DNA of 64,000 nt from the NCBI GenBank assembly GCA_965228125.1, contig OZ245791.1, positions 117,538 to 181,537 of the forward strand, written 5' to 3'. Positions 1 to 9,207 of the stretch are shown here, piece after piece; position 1 is the first letter of the stretch; the number at the start of each line of letters is the position of its first letter. The DNA is from Victivallales bacterium (GTDB lineage: Bacteria > Verrucomicrobiota > Lentisphaeria > Victivallales > GWF2-38-69). Below the pieces are notes generated by a model, which saw nothing but the letters and a program-made list of their open reading frames with translations, was not told where the DNA came from and did not search any database. Both the position numbers and the translations under genes were made by a program.

Positions 1-213
1 CCCATAAACCTTACAAGAATCCCCCAAACGCATGGCAAGTTCGGTAAATGGGAACCCTGCCCCAAATCCAATATCCAACACTGTAATGTTTTTTCTGATT
101 TTAACGTATTCCAACAGTTTTAGCCCAAATGGCGCAGACCATACCGGAGTCTCATCAAGCACTTCAACAAGCTCATCCGATTCAAGATCAAATTTTGTGT
201 TCAAATATTTCAT
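1..213 (-). CDS. class I SAM-dependent methyltransferase, N-terminal 71 codons (gene continues past left edge)
   Basis: Not in ORF track (no stop in window). Reverse strand from ATG 213-211 reads MKYLNTKFDLESDELVEVLDETPVWSAPFGLKLLEYVKIRKNITVLDIGFGAGFPFTELAMRLGDSCKVYG; VLDIGFGAG is a SAM-binding motif I. Confidence 0.55.
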   Translation of the reverse strand, partial: MKYLNTKFDLESDELVEVLDETPVWSAPFGLKLLEYVKIRKNITVLDIGFGAGFPFTELAMRLGDSCKVYG

Positions 214-220
214 TATGACT

Positions 221-277
221 TAAAGTAACTGTTGATGTTTTCAGATAACGTCTTTCCCCTGAAACACATTTTTTATC
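221..277. repeat. 57-bp direct repeat, copy a (partner 1978-2034)
   Basis: taaagtaactgttgatgttttcagataacgtctttcc is identical in both copies; the tails diverge slightly. Lies just upstream of the methyltransferase start. Confidence 0.85.
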
Positions 278-490
278 CCAGTATAGTCCCACAGAAACAA
301 TCTACGACTCAATTTTAAGAACATTTTGAGTTTAAGCAATCGTAATTCCAAGAATACCCATTTTGAAAATTTCATTTTATTAAACTTGAGCTGTCCCATA
401 ACATTTAACAAGACTGAAAAGATCCGGACAATTCCATATGGCTCTGAACTGCTCCATGTTGGCATTGGATCAAAGGTAAGCTCTTTTGAT

Positions 491-1231
491 TCAGTTTATC
501 CAGTTTAAATTATTATAAACGCCATCCCAAAACATATACTCAAGCTTCATTGCCGTTTCGAACACATGTCTCATTTTTTTCCTGTTCTCCGCTGTAGTTT
601 CATTCATATAGACGTTCACTAGATCAACAAGCGTTTTTGTATCGCTTGTTTCCCATGATACTGATCCGTAACCGTCAATCCATTCCCGATATTTGTTATT
701 CTCTACTTGTTTTGAGTTTTTCATATCGGTGCCGATCTGGTAATAAATCCAATTACATGGCAATGTCGCGATTAGTCCAACTTCAAACGGTTCAAGTGCT
801 GCAGTTTTTATAAGAAAAGAGTTATAAAACTCAGTAGAGGGATAAGGAGTTGAATTTTTTAACTCTACTTTTGTGATGTTAAATTTTTTAAAAAAAACAG
901 TGTGGATTTCATTAATCTCTTCATCTATTCCTTTTATCAGCTCAGTTACAAACTTTATTCCGTTCTCATCTGTTGCTTTTGAGAGCAATATTCCATAAAC
1001 TTTTCTGTAGTTTTGAAGGAAAAAATAATCCTGAATTATGTAATTTTTGAACACTTGCTCATCCAGTGTCCCGTTCAACAACTCCTTGTTAAACGGCATA
1101 TTCAATATCTTCTGGTACAAAGGGCGGTTGTCATTCCAGATTTCCTGTGTGTAATTTCTAGCGTAGGCCTCAAAGGAAGTAATCACGAGAAGCGAAAAGA
1201 GTAATAGTTTTTTTGCATAATTAAGGTTCAT
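491..1231 (-). CDS. TenA/thiaminase-II (heme-oxygenase-like) family protein with N-terminal signal peptide
   Basis: 246 aa. Family-typical stretches FKNYIIQDYFFLQNY, LPCNWIYYQIG and LEYMFWD. N-terminus MNLNYAKKLLLFSLLVITSFEAYA looks like a cleavable signal peptide. Stop codon is TGA. Confidence 0.7.
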   Translation of the reverse strand: MNLNYAKKLLLFSLLVITSFEAYARNYTQEIWNDNRPLYQKILNMPFNKELLNGTLDEQVFKNYIIQDYFFLQNYRKVYGILLSKATDENGIKFVTELIKGIDEEINEIHTVFFKKFNITKVELKNSTPYPSTEFYNSFLIKTAALEPFEVGLIATLPCNWIYYQIGTDMKNSKQVENNKYREWIDGYGSVSWETSDTKTLVDLVNVYMNETTAENRKKMRHVFETAMKLEYMFWDGVYNNLNWIN

Positions 1232-1424
1232 AAACGACTCCTAATTTAGTAAATTTGTAGGCATATCAGCCATATCTTTTTGCATCTAAAACATAGCCGC
1301 AATCCTGGCGACCATTGAAATACATAATAGGTATATTGCTCAAAAACTTCAAGAACTGCAACGGGTTAGTTAAAAATAAAACAACCAAGCCCGCAAGATA
1401 TCCCTCCTCCCCCACTTCTTAAAA

Positions 1425-1572
1425 ATATTTCAGCCTTTATGGGCGAGAACTGACTGTGATTACTTAATAGGAACGCCTGAAACTATATTAGCGCCAATTA
1501 GTGAAGATTAGCGGTTGGAAAGCTTCTATATGATTTAGAGTTTGGTTCTATAGTCTGAAGCCAACAGGTATT
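1425..1572. repeat. 148-bp direct repeat, copy a (partner 19579-19726)
   Basis: Aligned by eye to 19579-19726 in the same orientation with 5 mismatches. Directly abuts the transposase fragment. Confidence 0.9.
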
Positions 1573-1942
1573 GAACTTGAGCAGGCCACCTCCTGCGACA
1601 TGGGATACCGTAAACACGGATATGAAGGAAATTGTACAGTCCATATTGTTAAAAAAGGTACTAAAATCAACCAGGAGATGGTGGAAACGCCGATCAGCCA
1701 TTGAACCTGTCATCGGTCATGTAAAACAGGATAACAGAATGGAATGCAACAGATTAAAAGGCAAGCTTGGCGACAAGTTAAATGCAATCCTCTCTGCATG
1801 TTGGTTTAACTTCAGAAAATTACTCAGGGCAATAGCCCTATTTTTTGTTTTCGTTTTAAAAATGGCTGGTTTTGCATTTTGGACAGAAGAAAAATCTCAT
1901 AGAAGGCTAACTTTTGCCTCCAATGGCGCTTATAATTTTTAA
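1573..1942 (+). mobile_element. IS5-family transposase C-terminal remnant, frameshifted
   Basis: One frame reads ...CDMGYRKHGYEGNCTVHIVKKG. The next frame reads RRWWKRRSAIEPVIGHVKQDNRMECNRLKGKLGDKLNAILSACWFNFRKLL, a typical IS5-type DDE C-terminus. No N-terminal two thirds of the protein and no inverted repeats were recognised. Confidence 0.65.
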
Positions 1943-1977
1943 GTAAAATTCTTAAAAATAAGGTTTTTCAAGATCAC

Positions 1978-2034
1978 TAAAGTAACTGTTGATGTTTTCA
2001 GATAACGTCTTTCCACTTAAAACACTTTTTTATA
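1978..2034. repeat. 57-bp direct repeat, copy b (partner 221-277)
   Basis: Same orientation as 221-277; begins 36 nt after the transposase-fragment stop. Confidence 0.85.
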
Positions 2035-2140
2035 TAAATAGTTTAAGGCAAACTCTAAATAGCAGCACTATGCCGGAATTCAATATCCAATCGAATCTAT
2101 TTATCATTTCTTAAGATATTCTATATCACGAAACCCGGCC

Positions 2141-3469
2141 TCACATCATATCCAGCTTTTTGAGCTTGTTTATTAGTGTCCTTCGGCTTATGCCAAGAAG
2201 GTTTGCGGCCTTAGTTTGATTGCCATTAGTATTTTTCAGTGCGACTTTGATAGATGTCATTTCAGATTGTTCCAAAGTTAGCAGCTCTTCAATCTTTTCC
2301 CTATCGACATCATAAGATTGAGCATTTTTTCTTATATCAGGAGGGAGATGTTCTGGCATGATAAGCTCTGTTCTAGACAGAATTTTTGCCCTTTTCATAG
2401 CATTGGAAAGCTCTCTGACATTACCTGGCCATGTATAATTTTCCAAAAGTCTTATAGTGTTGGCAGAAAGTCGTTTTTGACTACCTTCAGAAGACTTAAG
2501 AAAATACCTGGCTAACGGGATAATATCATCTTTTCTGTTTCTGAGAGGAGGAACTTCAAGAGCTATTACATTGAGTCTGTAATATAAATCCATTCTAAAG
2601 CGGTTTTTCTTTATTTCAGACTCAAGAATCTTGTTGGTAGCTGTTATTATACGAACATCGGTTTCGGTCTCTCTGTCACTCCCCAAAGGACATACTTTTT
2701 TATTTTCAATGGCTCTTAAAAGTGAAGACTGTAGTTCAATAGGCATATCTCCTATTTCGTCCAGAAAAAGAGTTCCTTTATGTGATTCCCTGAATTTACC
2801 AAGTCTTGTCGAAACAGCTCCTGTGAAAGCGCCTTTTTCGTGTCCAAAGAGTTCACTGCCTATAATATTGGCAGGTAACGAAGCACAATTCATTGTTAAA
2901 AGCGGCATTTTAGATCTCAAACTGTTTTTATGAATAAAAGAGGCAACGACTTCTTTTCCTGAACCGCTTTCTCCAGTGATCAAAACCGTTACATCGCTTT
3001 TGGCTATTCTATAAGCATCATTAAATAGGTTCTGCATGACAGAGCTTTGAGCTATTATGCCTTCTAAACTATCTTTGGGAAATTCAAACTTCAGTAAAGG
3101 GCTTTTTATATTAAGTATATTGCTTACTGCTATTTTAAGTTCATCAAGATCGATAGGTTTTTCAAGATAATCAACAGCACCTAATTTCAAAGAATTCACA
3201 GCATCTCTGATGCTGGCATAGGCAGTGACCAAAAGAAATGGAAGTTCGGGATACATATCTTTTGCATTTCTTAAGAGTTCAATGCCATCCATATCTGCCA
3301 TTTTTACATCAGATATTACTATAGAGGGTTTATTATTTTTTAATATAGAGAGAGCTTCTTCAGCAGAAGATGCCTCCATAACTTCAGTACCTAATTCTTT
3401 TAATGAACGGGAATAGAGTTCTCTTAAGGAAATTTCATCATCCACAACCAATGCAAGAGGTTTATTCAT
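2141..3469 (-). CDS. sigma-54-dependent response regulator (NtrC/AtoC family)
   Basis: Receiver domain (LALVVDDE...SDVKMADMDG), AAA+ domain with GESGSGKE Walker A and GAFTGA motif, C-terminal Fis-type HTH (KAANLLGISRRTLINKLKK). I chose the ATG at 3469 (MNKPLALVVDDE), just after the kinase stop. Confidence 0.9.
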   Translation of the reverse strand: MNKPLALVVDDEISLRELYSRSLKELGTEVMEASSAEEALSILKNNKPSIVISDVKMADMDGIELLRNAKDMYPELPFLLVTAYASIRDAVNSLKLGAVDYLEKPIDLDELKIAVSNILNIKSPLLKFEFPKDSLEGIIAQSSVMQNLFNDAYRIAKSDVTVLITGESGSGKEVVASFIHKNSLRSKMPLLTMNCASLPANIIGSELFGHEKGAFTGAVSTRLGKFRESHKGTLFLDEIGDMPIELQSSLLRAIENKKVCPLGSDRETETDVRIITATNKILESEIKKNRFRMDLYYRLNVIALEVPPLRNRKDDIIPLARYFLKSSEGSQKRLSANTIRLLENYTWPGNVRELSNAMKRAKILSRTELIMPEHLPPDIRKNAQSYDVDREKIEELLTLEQSEMTSIKVALKNTNGNQTKAANLLGISRRTLINKLKKLDMM

Positions 3470-3471
3470 AA

Positions 3472-4830
3472 TTAAATACACTTGATTTTTGAGATTTCGG
3501 TACGAGTACCTGTGTTAAGTTCTGAAGTCATATTTATTTCCCATCCGTGTTCTTCTACAAGTTTCTTAACAATTGCCAAACCTATACCATGGCCTTTATT
3601 ATTGGCAGATACGTAAGGTTTAAAAATATTTTTTAATAATTCACTACTTACTCCGCTCCCGTTATCGGCAATGATCAGGTGGGCGTAATTCTGCTTTTTT
3701 TTGAAGCTGATTTTAACAAAACCGCCGGACTTACAAGCCCGAATGCTATTCATTAATATGTTTACTATTATCTGCTGAAAAAACTCCTTATCAGCTTCAA
3801 TAGTTATATCATCAAGATCATGCTCCAACTTAAGGGTTTTATCGTCAAATTCAAACTGCATCATATCAACGATTTCCATTACGGCTTCCACAGCGTTGAT
3901 TCGATTCAATCTCGGAGTCCTACGCTTTGCATAATTTATAAAATCAGAAAGCCTTTCTGTGGTTATATCCGTCTGATCAATTATTTTTACAGCAAGGGTT
4001 TCAACTAATTTATTATCATCCTTATGCTGCACCATATTCTGAGCAAAACCTCTTATTATTCCTAGCGGATTTTTGACTTCATGGGCCAATCCGGCAGCTG
4101 TGAGGCCTAGTTCTTCCAACTTTTCAGTTTTGTTCTTGGCCTTTTCTAATTCAAATTTAAGATTGTTATTTTTTATAAAATGTATCCAGGCCAAGACAAG
4201 AATAATAATACTTGCTAGGCTAATGAGATATGTTATAAGTAATTTGATATCTTCTTTCTTTATTTGCTGAAGAAAAGATGCGGCATCCAAACCTAAAGTT
4301 ATTTGTTGTTTGGATCCTCTAAAATCAAAAAACTTATCAGGAAAATCCTTAACCACCTTCTCATCAAGAATCAACTTAAAAGGCATCTTGTTGCCATGAG
4401 GTGGTGGTGGTGGATGTTGTAAAAATTCAAAAGTCTTTGATCGATAGAATATATCACCGCAAAATACCCCTAAAGTTTCCAATGCATTGCTGTTTACATT
4501 CTTGGGTGCAATCCCCATCTCAAACATCAGTTTTTCTCTGCTTTCTATACTGATGTACTGAATCGAAGTTTTATGTACGACATTACTTAATATGAAGTCA
4601 AACATGAACCTATCTATTCTGCCTTCGAACATCTGAGTCTGAATGATACTTTTTACTGCTTCAAATATTACTTCCGATTCTTTGTAAACTATAGCTTCTG
4701 TTTGTTGTCTGAAAAGATTCCTCTCGTTATACGCCCAGGTGCCTACTAGAAAAGCGCAAAGCAACCCCAGTAAAACAGGCAAAGCAATTTTTAATAATAA
4801 ACTATTTTTAGTGCGTCTTATCATAAACAT
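3472..4830 (-). CDS. sensor histidine kinase
   Basis: Two TM segments flank an extracytoplasmic region. H-box GLAHEVKNPL, N/G boxes IADNGSGV and GHGIGLAIVKK. Translationally adjacent to the response regulator. Confidence 0.85.
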   Translation of the reverse strand: MFMIRRTKNSLLLKIALPVLLGLLCAFLVGTWAYNERNLFRQQTEAIVYKESEVIFEAVKSIIQTQMFEGRIDRFMFDFILSNVVHKTSIQYISIESREKLMFEMGIAPKNVNSNALETLGVFCGDIFYRSKTFEFLQHPPPPPHGNKMPFKLILDEKVVKDFPDKFFDFRGSKQQITLGLDAASFLQQIKKEDIKLLITYLISLASIIILVLAWIHFIKNNNLKFELEKAKNKTEKLEELGLTAAGLAHEVKNPLGIIRGFAQNMVQHKDDNKLVETLAVKIIDQTDITTERLSDFINYAKRRTPRLNRINAVEAVMEIVDMMQFEFDDKTLKLEHDLDDITIEADKEFFQQIIVNILMNSIRACKSGGFVKISFKKKQNYAHLIIADNGSGVSSELLKNIFKPYVSANNKGHGIGLAIVKKLVEEHGWEINMTSELNTGTRTEISKIKCI

Positions 4831-4901
4831 TTATATTATTTGTATCTTTTAGGGCAATAATATAACATGAAACACCGTTAAAACAGCAATAAGGAATACT
4901 G

Positions 4902-6269
4902 CTATTCATATCTCAAAGCTTCTATCGGATCAAGTCTTGAAGCCTTCCAGGCAGGATAGTATCCAAATATCACTCCAACGGAAACAGAAACTGCTACTGC
5001 CAAAGTTATAGCACCCCATGAAATCATGATAGGCCACTTCAATACATGCTCAACCAAGAGAGATGAGCCGCTGCCTAGTAGTACTCCGACTATACCTCCT
5101 GTAATGCACATAAGCACGGCCTCCATAAGAAATTGACTTAAGATATCGTACTGCTTAGCTCCTACTGACATCCTTAATCCTATTTCTCTAGTTCTCTCCG
5201 ATACGCAAACGAGCATAATATTCATTATACCTATGCCGCCTATAACAAGAGAAATAATCGATACACATAACAAAAGCCTTGTAATAGCCTTGGTACTGCT
5301 GGAAAGGGATTCTTCCAATTCAGATAAACTACGAATAGTAAAGTCATTTTCAGCCCCATCTTCAATATGATGCCTTATCTTGAGTACTTTCGTTATTTCC
5401 TGTATAGCTTTGCTTACTTCATTGCTGGAACGACCAGACAGGACTATTTGATCAATATTGGCAAACCTCGCATACAAAAGATGATTGGATATCCGGGATT
5501 CTGACTGTTCAGGGTAAAAGTCTGTTTCACTGTTACTATAAAGCCCCCTTGAACTGGTACTTGAAGTACTGCTTGAAGTACTGCTCTGATTGGTATTTGA
5601 GAGCGAAGAATTGGCAACTCTATATTTTATGGAAGTCCATGGCGCAAGCACGACATCGTCCTGATCCATTCCCATCATATTGGCTCCTTTCGGCTTTAAA
5701 ACACCAATTACTTTAAAAGGGACATTCATTATACGTATCTCTTTGCCTATAGGAGATTTTCCATTGAATAATTCTTTAACTATCGTCTGTCCGACCAAGC
5801 AGACCCTATTTGCATTCATGACATCACTGTCAGAAAAAACACGCCCCTTAGACAATTGCTTCCAGTTCTGTACATCTAAGTAATCCAGAGTAGTGCCATA
5901 TATTGAAGACGGAACCCAGTTCTTATTGCCATAGACTACCTGAGTTCTGGATTGTATTACAGGAGCCGCATCCAGAACAGAAGGGCACTCTTTTCTAATG
6001 GCGTCACTGTCCTGAGGAGTGAGTGTTTTTAAACTTCCTGATCCAAAAGTCACACCAGCATTATTGGCAGATCCTGGAAAAACTATAATGGTATTAGCTC
6101 CCATACTGGCTATGGATTTCTGAATTGAGTATGAAGACCCCTGACCTATTGCCATCATTGTGATCACAGATGCTATCCCAATCATTATGCCCAAAGTTGT
6201 AAGCATGGCCCTCATAAGGTTTCGTTCCATGGATTTCAAAGAAGAAAATATTATTTTATCAAGCTTCAT
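4902..6269 (-). CDS. MacB/FtsX-type ABC transporter permease
   Basis: N-terminal TM, large periplasmic domain, C-terminal FtsX-like 3-TM bundle ending YYPAWKASRLDPIEALRYE. Ser/Thr-rich low-complexity insert (NTNQSSTSSSTSSTSS). Confidence 0.85.
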   Translation of the reverse strand: MKLDKIIFSSLKSMERNLMRAMLTTLGIMIGIASVITMMAIGQGSSYSIQKSIASMGANTIIVFPGSANNAGVTFGSGSLKTLTPQDSDAIRKECPSVLDAAPVIQSRTQVVYGNKNWVPSSIYGTTLDYLDVQNWKQLSKGRVFSDSDVMNANRVCLVGQTIVKELFNGKSPIGKEIRIMNVPFKVIGVLKPKGANMMGMDQDDVVLAPWTSIKYRVANSSLSNTNQSSTSSSTSSTSSRGLYSNSETDFYPEQSESRISNHLLYARFANIDQIVLSGRSSNEVSKAIQEITKVLKIRHHIEDGAENDFTIRSLSELEESLSSSTKAITRLLLCVSIISLVIGGIGIMNIMLVCVSERTREIGLRMSVGAKQYDILSQFLMEAVLMCITGGIVGVLLGSGSSLLVEHVLKWPIMISWGAITLAVAVSVSVGVIFGYYPAWKASRLDPIEALRYE

Positions 6270-6975
6270 TTGTCATACTCTCACTTTGCGCAACAATCAC
6301 ACCATCTATAATGCGTATTGTTCTTTGTGCGTAGTTTGCAACATTAATATCATGAGTCACAAGGATAATTGTCATGCCTTTTTCACGATTTAACTCTTTA
6401 AATGTATTCAAAACTTCTACACCTGTTTTAGAATCCAAATTGCCTGTAGGCTCATCCGCGAACAGTACATGAGGATTATTTATCATGGAGCGGGCAATAG
6501 CTACTCGCTGTTGCTGCCCACCTGAAAGTTGAGACGGTTCATGGTGAATTCGATTTTCTAAGCCGAAAAGGGAAAGAAGATATTCTCCTTTTTTGTGCAT
6601 TTCTCTATAGGAATACCTCTCGTCTGCATAAGAGAGAGGCATTATTACATTACCTATAGCCGAAGTACGAGGCAATAAATTGAAGCTTTGAAAAACAAAA
6701 CCTATTTTCCTGTTTCTTATAGCAGCTCTTCTGTCATTGGAAGCTTTTGATAGATTTTCGCCATCAAACCAATATCCTCCTGAAGTAGGCCTGTCCAAAC
6801 ATCCCAATATATGCATCAACGTGCTTTTCCCAGATCCCGAAGCCCCCATCAAAGCAACAAATTCGCCTTTAAAAACACTCAGAGAAACTCCTTTTAGCAC
6901 AGGCACATTCAGTTCGCCTTTGCTGTATGTCTTGTAAACATCTTTTACTTTTATCAACTCCATAGTCTTTTTCAC
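6259..6975 (-). CDS. ABC transporter ATP-binding protein (MacB/LolD-like)
   Basis: Walker A GASGSGKST, signature LSGGQQQRVAIAR, Walker B LFADEPTGNLD, H-loop VTHD. Confidence 0.9.
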   Translation of the reverse strand: MKKTMELIKVKDVYKTYSKGELNVPVLKGVSLSVFKGEFVALMGASGSGKSTLMHILGCLDRPTSGGYWFDGENLSKASNDRRAAIRNRKIGFVFQSFNLLPRTSAIGNVIMPLSYADERYSYREMHKKGEYLLSLFGLENRIHHEPSQLSGGQQQRVAIARSMINNPHVLFADEPTGNLDSKTGVEVLNTFKELNREKGMTIILVTHDINVANYAQRTIRIIDGVIVAQSESMTNEA

Positions 6976-8276
6976 TTTCCCTTTGGAGGTTGAGGTAAAA
7001 ACGGATTACTTCCTGATGTGCTTTCCGCTAATTGTGTTTGCACTCCTGTGAGAACCTCCATTCCTTCCTTAAGATCTTTTCCATTGACTTCCACCATGGA
7101 TCCATCAGATAAACCGACTTTTACAAAGATAGGCCGTAATCTCTTGTCCTGTAATATCCATATAATTCTTTCAACATTCAATTCATTGTCTTCTGGATGG
7201 GGTTTTGATAGCTCTTCCTGATATTTCTCTCTGATTACTGATTCTTCAGGACTCCAATTAAGTGCCGATTCAGGGATTATCAGAATATCTTTTCTTGTAC
7301 TAATTTCGAATTGGACATTTGCTGTCATGTAAGGAAGCAACCTGCCGTTTGGGTTATCGGTGGAGACCTCCACAACATAACTCACGACATTTTGAGTAAC
7401 AGAAGCATTCAATCGTACTTTAGTGACTTTACCTGTAAAAATTTCATCAGGATATGAATCTACAGTGAATGTCACTTTCTGCCCCGATCGTATTTTCCCT
7501 ATATCCGCTTCATTAACTGTTACCCAAACCTCCATTTTTTTTAGATTTTTTGCTATTAGGAATAAACTGGGAGTCTCCATGCTTGCTACTACAGTCTGGC
7601 CTATATCCACTCTCCTGTCTATAATAACTCCACTGATAGGAGACAGAATAGTGCAATAATCCAAGTTCTGTTGTGCGCGTTCTAAAGTGGCTTCAGCCAC
7701 AATGACATCTGCTTTTGCACTATCAATTTCTGCAGTGCCTATTGCTACATTGGCTTTTGCTACTTCATACTCCGACTTATAGGTATCATAATCGGCTTTT
7801 GCATTTATCGAACGTAATTTCTCTGCACGATTAAACTCAGTAGTTGCCAGTGCGTATTTTGCTTTTAATTCATTTAAACTTGCCTCTACTTTTTGCAAAG
7901 AAGCTTTTGCCTTAAAAAGTTGAGCCTCTGCCTCTTTTTTGTCTGAAATGTATAAAGAATCGTCTATTTGGGCAAGAACACAATTTCTATCTACATAAGA
8001 ACCATAGTCTATACTTTCACCTTTTGAGTCCTTGCCAAAACTGATAATCTTGCCACTGACCCTGGCACCTACATCAACAAGTTCTTCCGGTTCTAAAGTC
8101 CCTGTAGCAGTTATAGAGACCGTCAGATCACCAAGTCGAACAAGTGATGTTTCGTATGATTCAGCGGCATTATTTTCTCTATAAGCAAATGTCAGGAAAG
8201 AGACTATTGCTACAAGAACAAATATTGCCGCATAAATCAAACTTTTACGTCGAGCAAACAAAAACTTGCTTTTCAT
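6972..8276 (-). CDS. HlyD/MacA-family periplasmic adaptor (membrane fusion protein)
   Basis: N-terminal TM anchor, long coiled-coil hairpin (EAEAQLFKAKASLQKVEASLNELKAKYALA...), beta-barrel domain. Overlaps the ATPase start by 4 nt. Confidence 0.85.
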   Translation of the reverse strand: MKSKFLFARRKSLIYAAIFVLVAIVSFLTFAYRENNAAESYETSLVRLGDLTVSITATGTLEPEELVDVGARVSGKIISFGKDSKGESIDYGSYVDRNCVLAQIDDSLYISDKKEAEAQLFKAKASLQKVEASLNELKAKYALATTEFNRAEKLRSINAKADYDTYKSEYEVAKANVAIGTAEIDSAKADVIVAEATLERAQQNLDYCTILSPISGVIIDRRVDIGQTVVASMETPSLFLIAKNLKKMEVWVTVNEADIGKIRSGQKVTFTVDSYPDEIFTGKVTKVRLNASVTQNVVSYVVEVSTDNPNGRLLPYMTANVQFEISTRKDILIIPESALNWSPEESVIREKYQEELSKPHPEDNELNVERIIWILQDKRLRPIFVKVGLSDGSMVEVNGKDLKEGMEVLTGVQTQLAESTSGSNPFLPQPPKGK

Positions 8277-8288
8277 TTTTCAATTAGC

Positions 8289-8909
8289 TTATCTCTGTTC
8301 TGACAATGGTGCCGCAGGGGGTATTATAAACAAAACTTTTGCATCTTTGCCATCTACATTAGCCTCTATTGCATGTTCTTCTGCTTGCTTAATACTCTTC
8401 TGGATTCTATCAGAAATGGATTGTTTCATCCTTTCTATTTTTTGTTCATTGAGTTTGTCAAATTCACTAACTGTCAGAAGTACAAACTTGTTATCCATGG
8501 GAGGGTGCATCATTGGAGGCATACGAAACCCATCTCTATTTTGGTTTCCATGTGGCATTCCTTTTGATTGTTGAACCGATGTCATTCCCCCATTCACCCC
8601 GCATTGTGTTTTCTTGTCAGAACACATTCCTCTAAAGGGCAATGCATTATTATCAATATTTGTCTTAACCTCGGCCAGTTTTCCATCTTCTCCATATAAA
8701 TAATAAGAAGGGGTTTTGTCTTTTTCTTCTGATATGAGGTTTTCAAAAGCCTGCTTAGGAATACAAATATAAATAGCCTCATTACCACTGGGGTTGTTAG
8801 TTTCCGGCGAGCCTTCCTGTGCGTTAAGGCTAGAGGCAATTAGAATAGCACTTAAGATTCCACACGCGAAAAGGTATTTCTTTGGCTTGTTTTGTGTTTT
8901 CATTTTCAC
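8289..8909 (-). CDS. exported protein of unknown function with a Met/His/Pro-rich segment
   Basis: Signal peptide (KKYLFACGILSAILIASSLNA) and motif GMPHGNQNRDGFRMPPMMHPPM. First gene behind the sigma-54 promoter. Confidence 0.5.
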   Translation of the reverse strand: MKMKTQNKPKKYLFACGILSAILIASSLNAQEGSPETNNPSGNEAIYICIPKQAFENLISEEKDKTPSYYLYGEDGKLAEVKTNIDNNALPFRGMCSDKKTQCGVNGGMTSVQQSKGMPHGNQNRDGFRMPPMMHPPMDNKFVLLTVSEFDKLNEQKIERMKQSISDRIQKSIKQAEEHAIEANVDGKDAKVLFIIPPAAPLSEQR

Positions 8910-8963
8910 TTCTCCTTGCTTGGATTTTTACATTTAGTCCGAAATAAAGACTATGTTTCTAAA

Positions 8964-8979
8964 AGCAAGAGCCATGCCA
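8964..8979 (-). promoter_or_regulatory. sigma-54 (-24/-12) promoter
   Basis: Reverse strand reads TGGCATGGCTCTTGCT, i.e. TGGCAT-N5-TTGCT with GG-N10-GC spacing. About 55 nt upstream of the ATG at 8909. The operon ends with a GAFTGA-containing activator. Confidence 0.6.
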
Positions 8980-9048
8980 ATTCCTATCTTTTGAGGAAAT
9001 TTACTTGTTACCAAAGAGATGTATGATTTTATACCTGATTTTGCCTAT

Positions 9049-9085
9049 TGCGCAAAATTTGCACAAACACCCTTGATTGTGCAGA
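9049..9085. promoter_or_regulatory. candidate enhancer-binding-protein sites (UAS)
   Basis: Palindrome TGCGCAAAATTTGCACA (9049-9065) plus a third half-site TGTGCAGA (9078-9085). These lie 70-105 bp upstream of the -24 element. Confidence 0.35.
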
Positions 9086-9207
9086 ATATATACACTTCGA
9101 GGAAGTTAAAAGAATGTAATCATTAATAATTAGAAAATGACTTACTTTTCATCCAATAACCGCGATTTCATTATTGCCCTTTACAAAAGATTACAAAAGG
9201 CTAACTA

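Noticed and set aside
32-465. Track ORFs 32-223 (+), 241-465 (-) and 326-508 (+)
   Set aside because: 32-223 is antisense to a convincing methyltransferase N-terminus. The others are low-complexity, have no RBS, and lie in repeat and remnant DNA. I treat them as non-coding.
1232-1424. Possible TPP riboswitch upstream of the TenA-like gene
   Set aside because: The reverse-strand leader lacks the conserved CTGAGA and ACCTGATCTGGATAATGCCAGCG-type THI-box elements.
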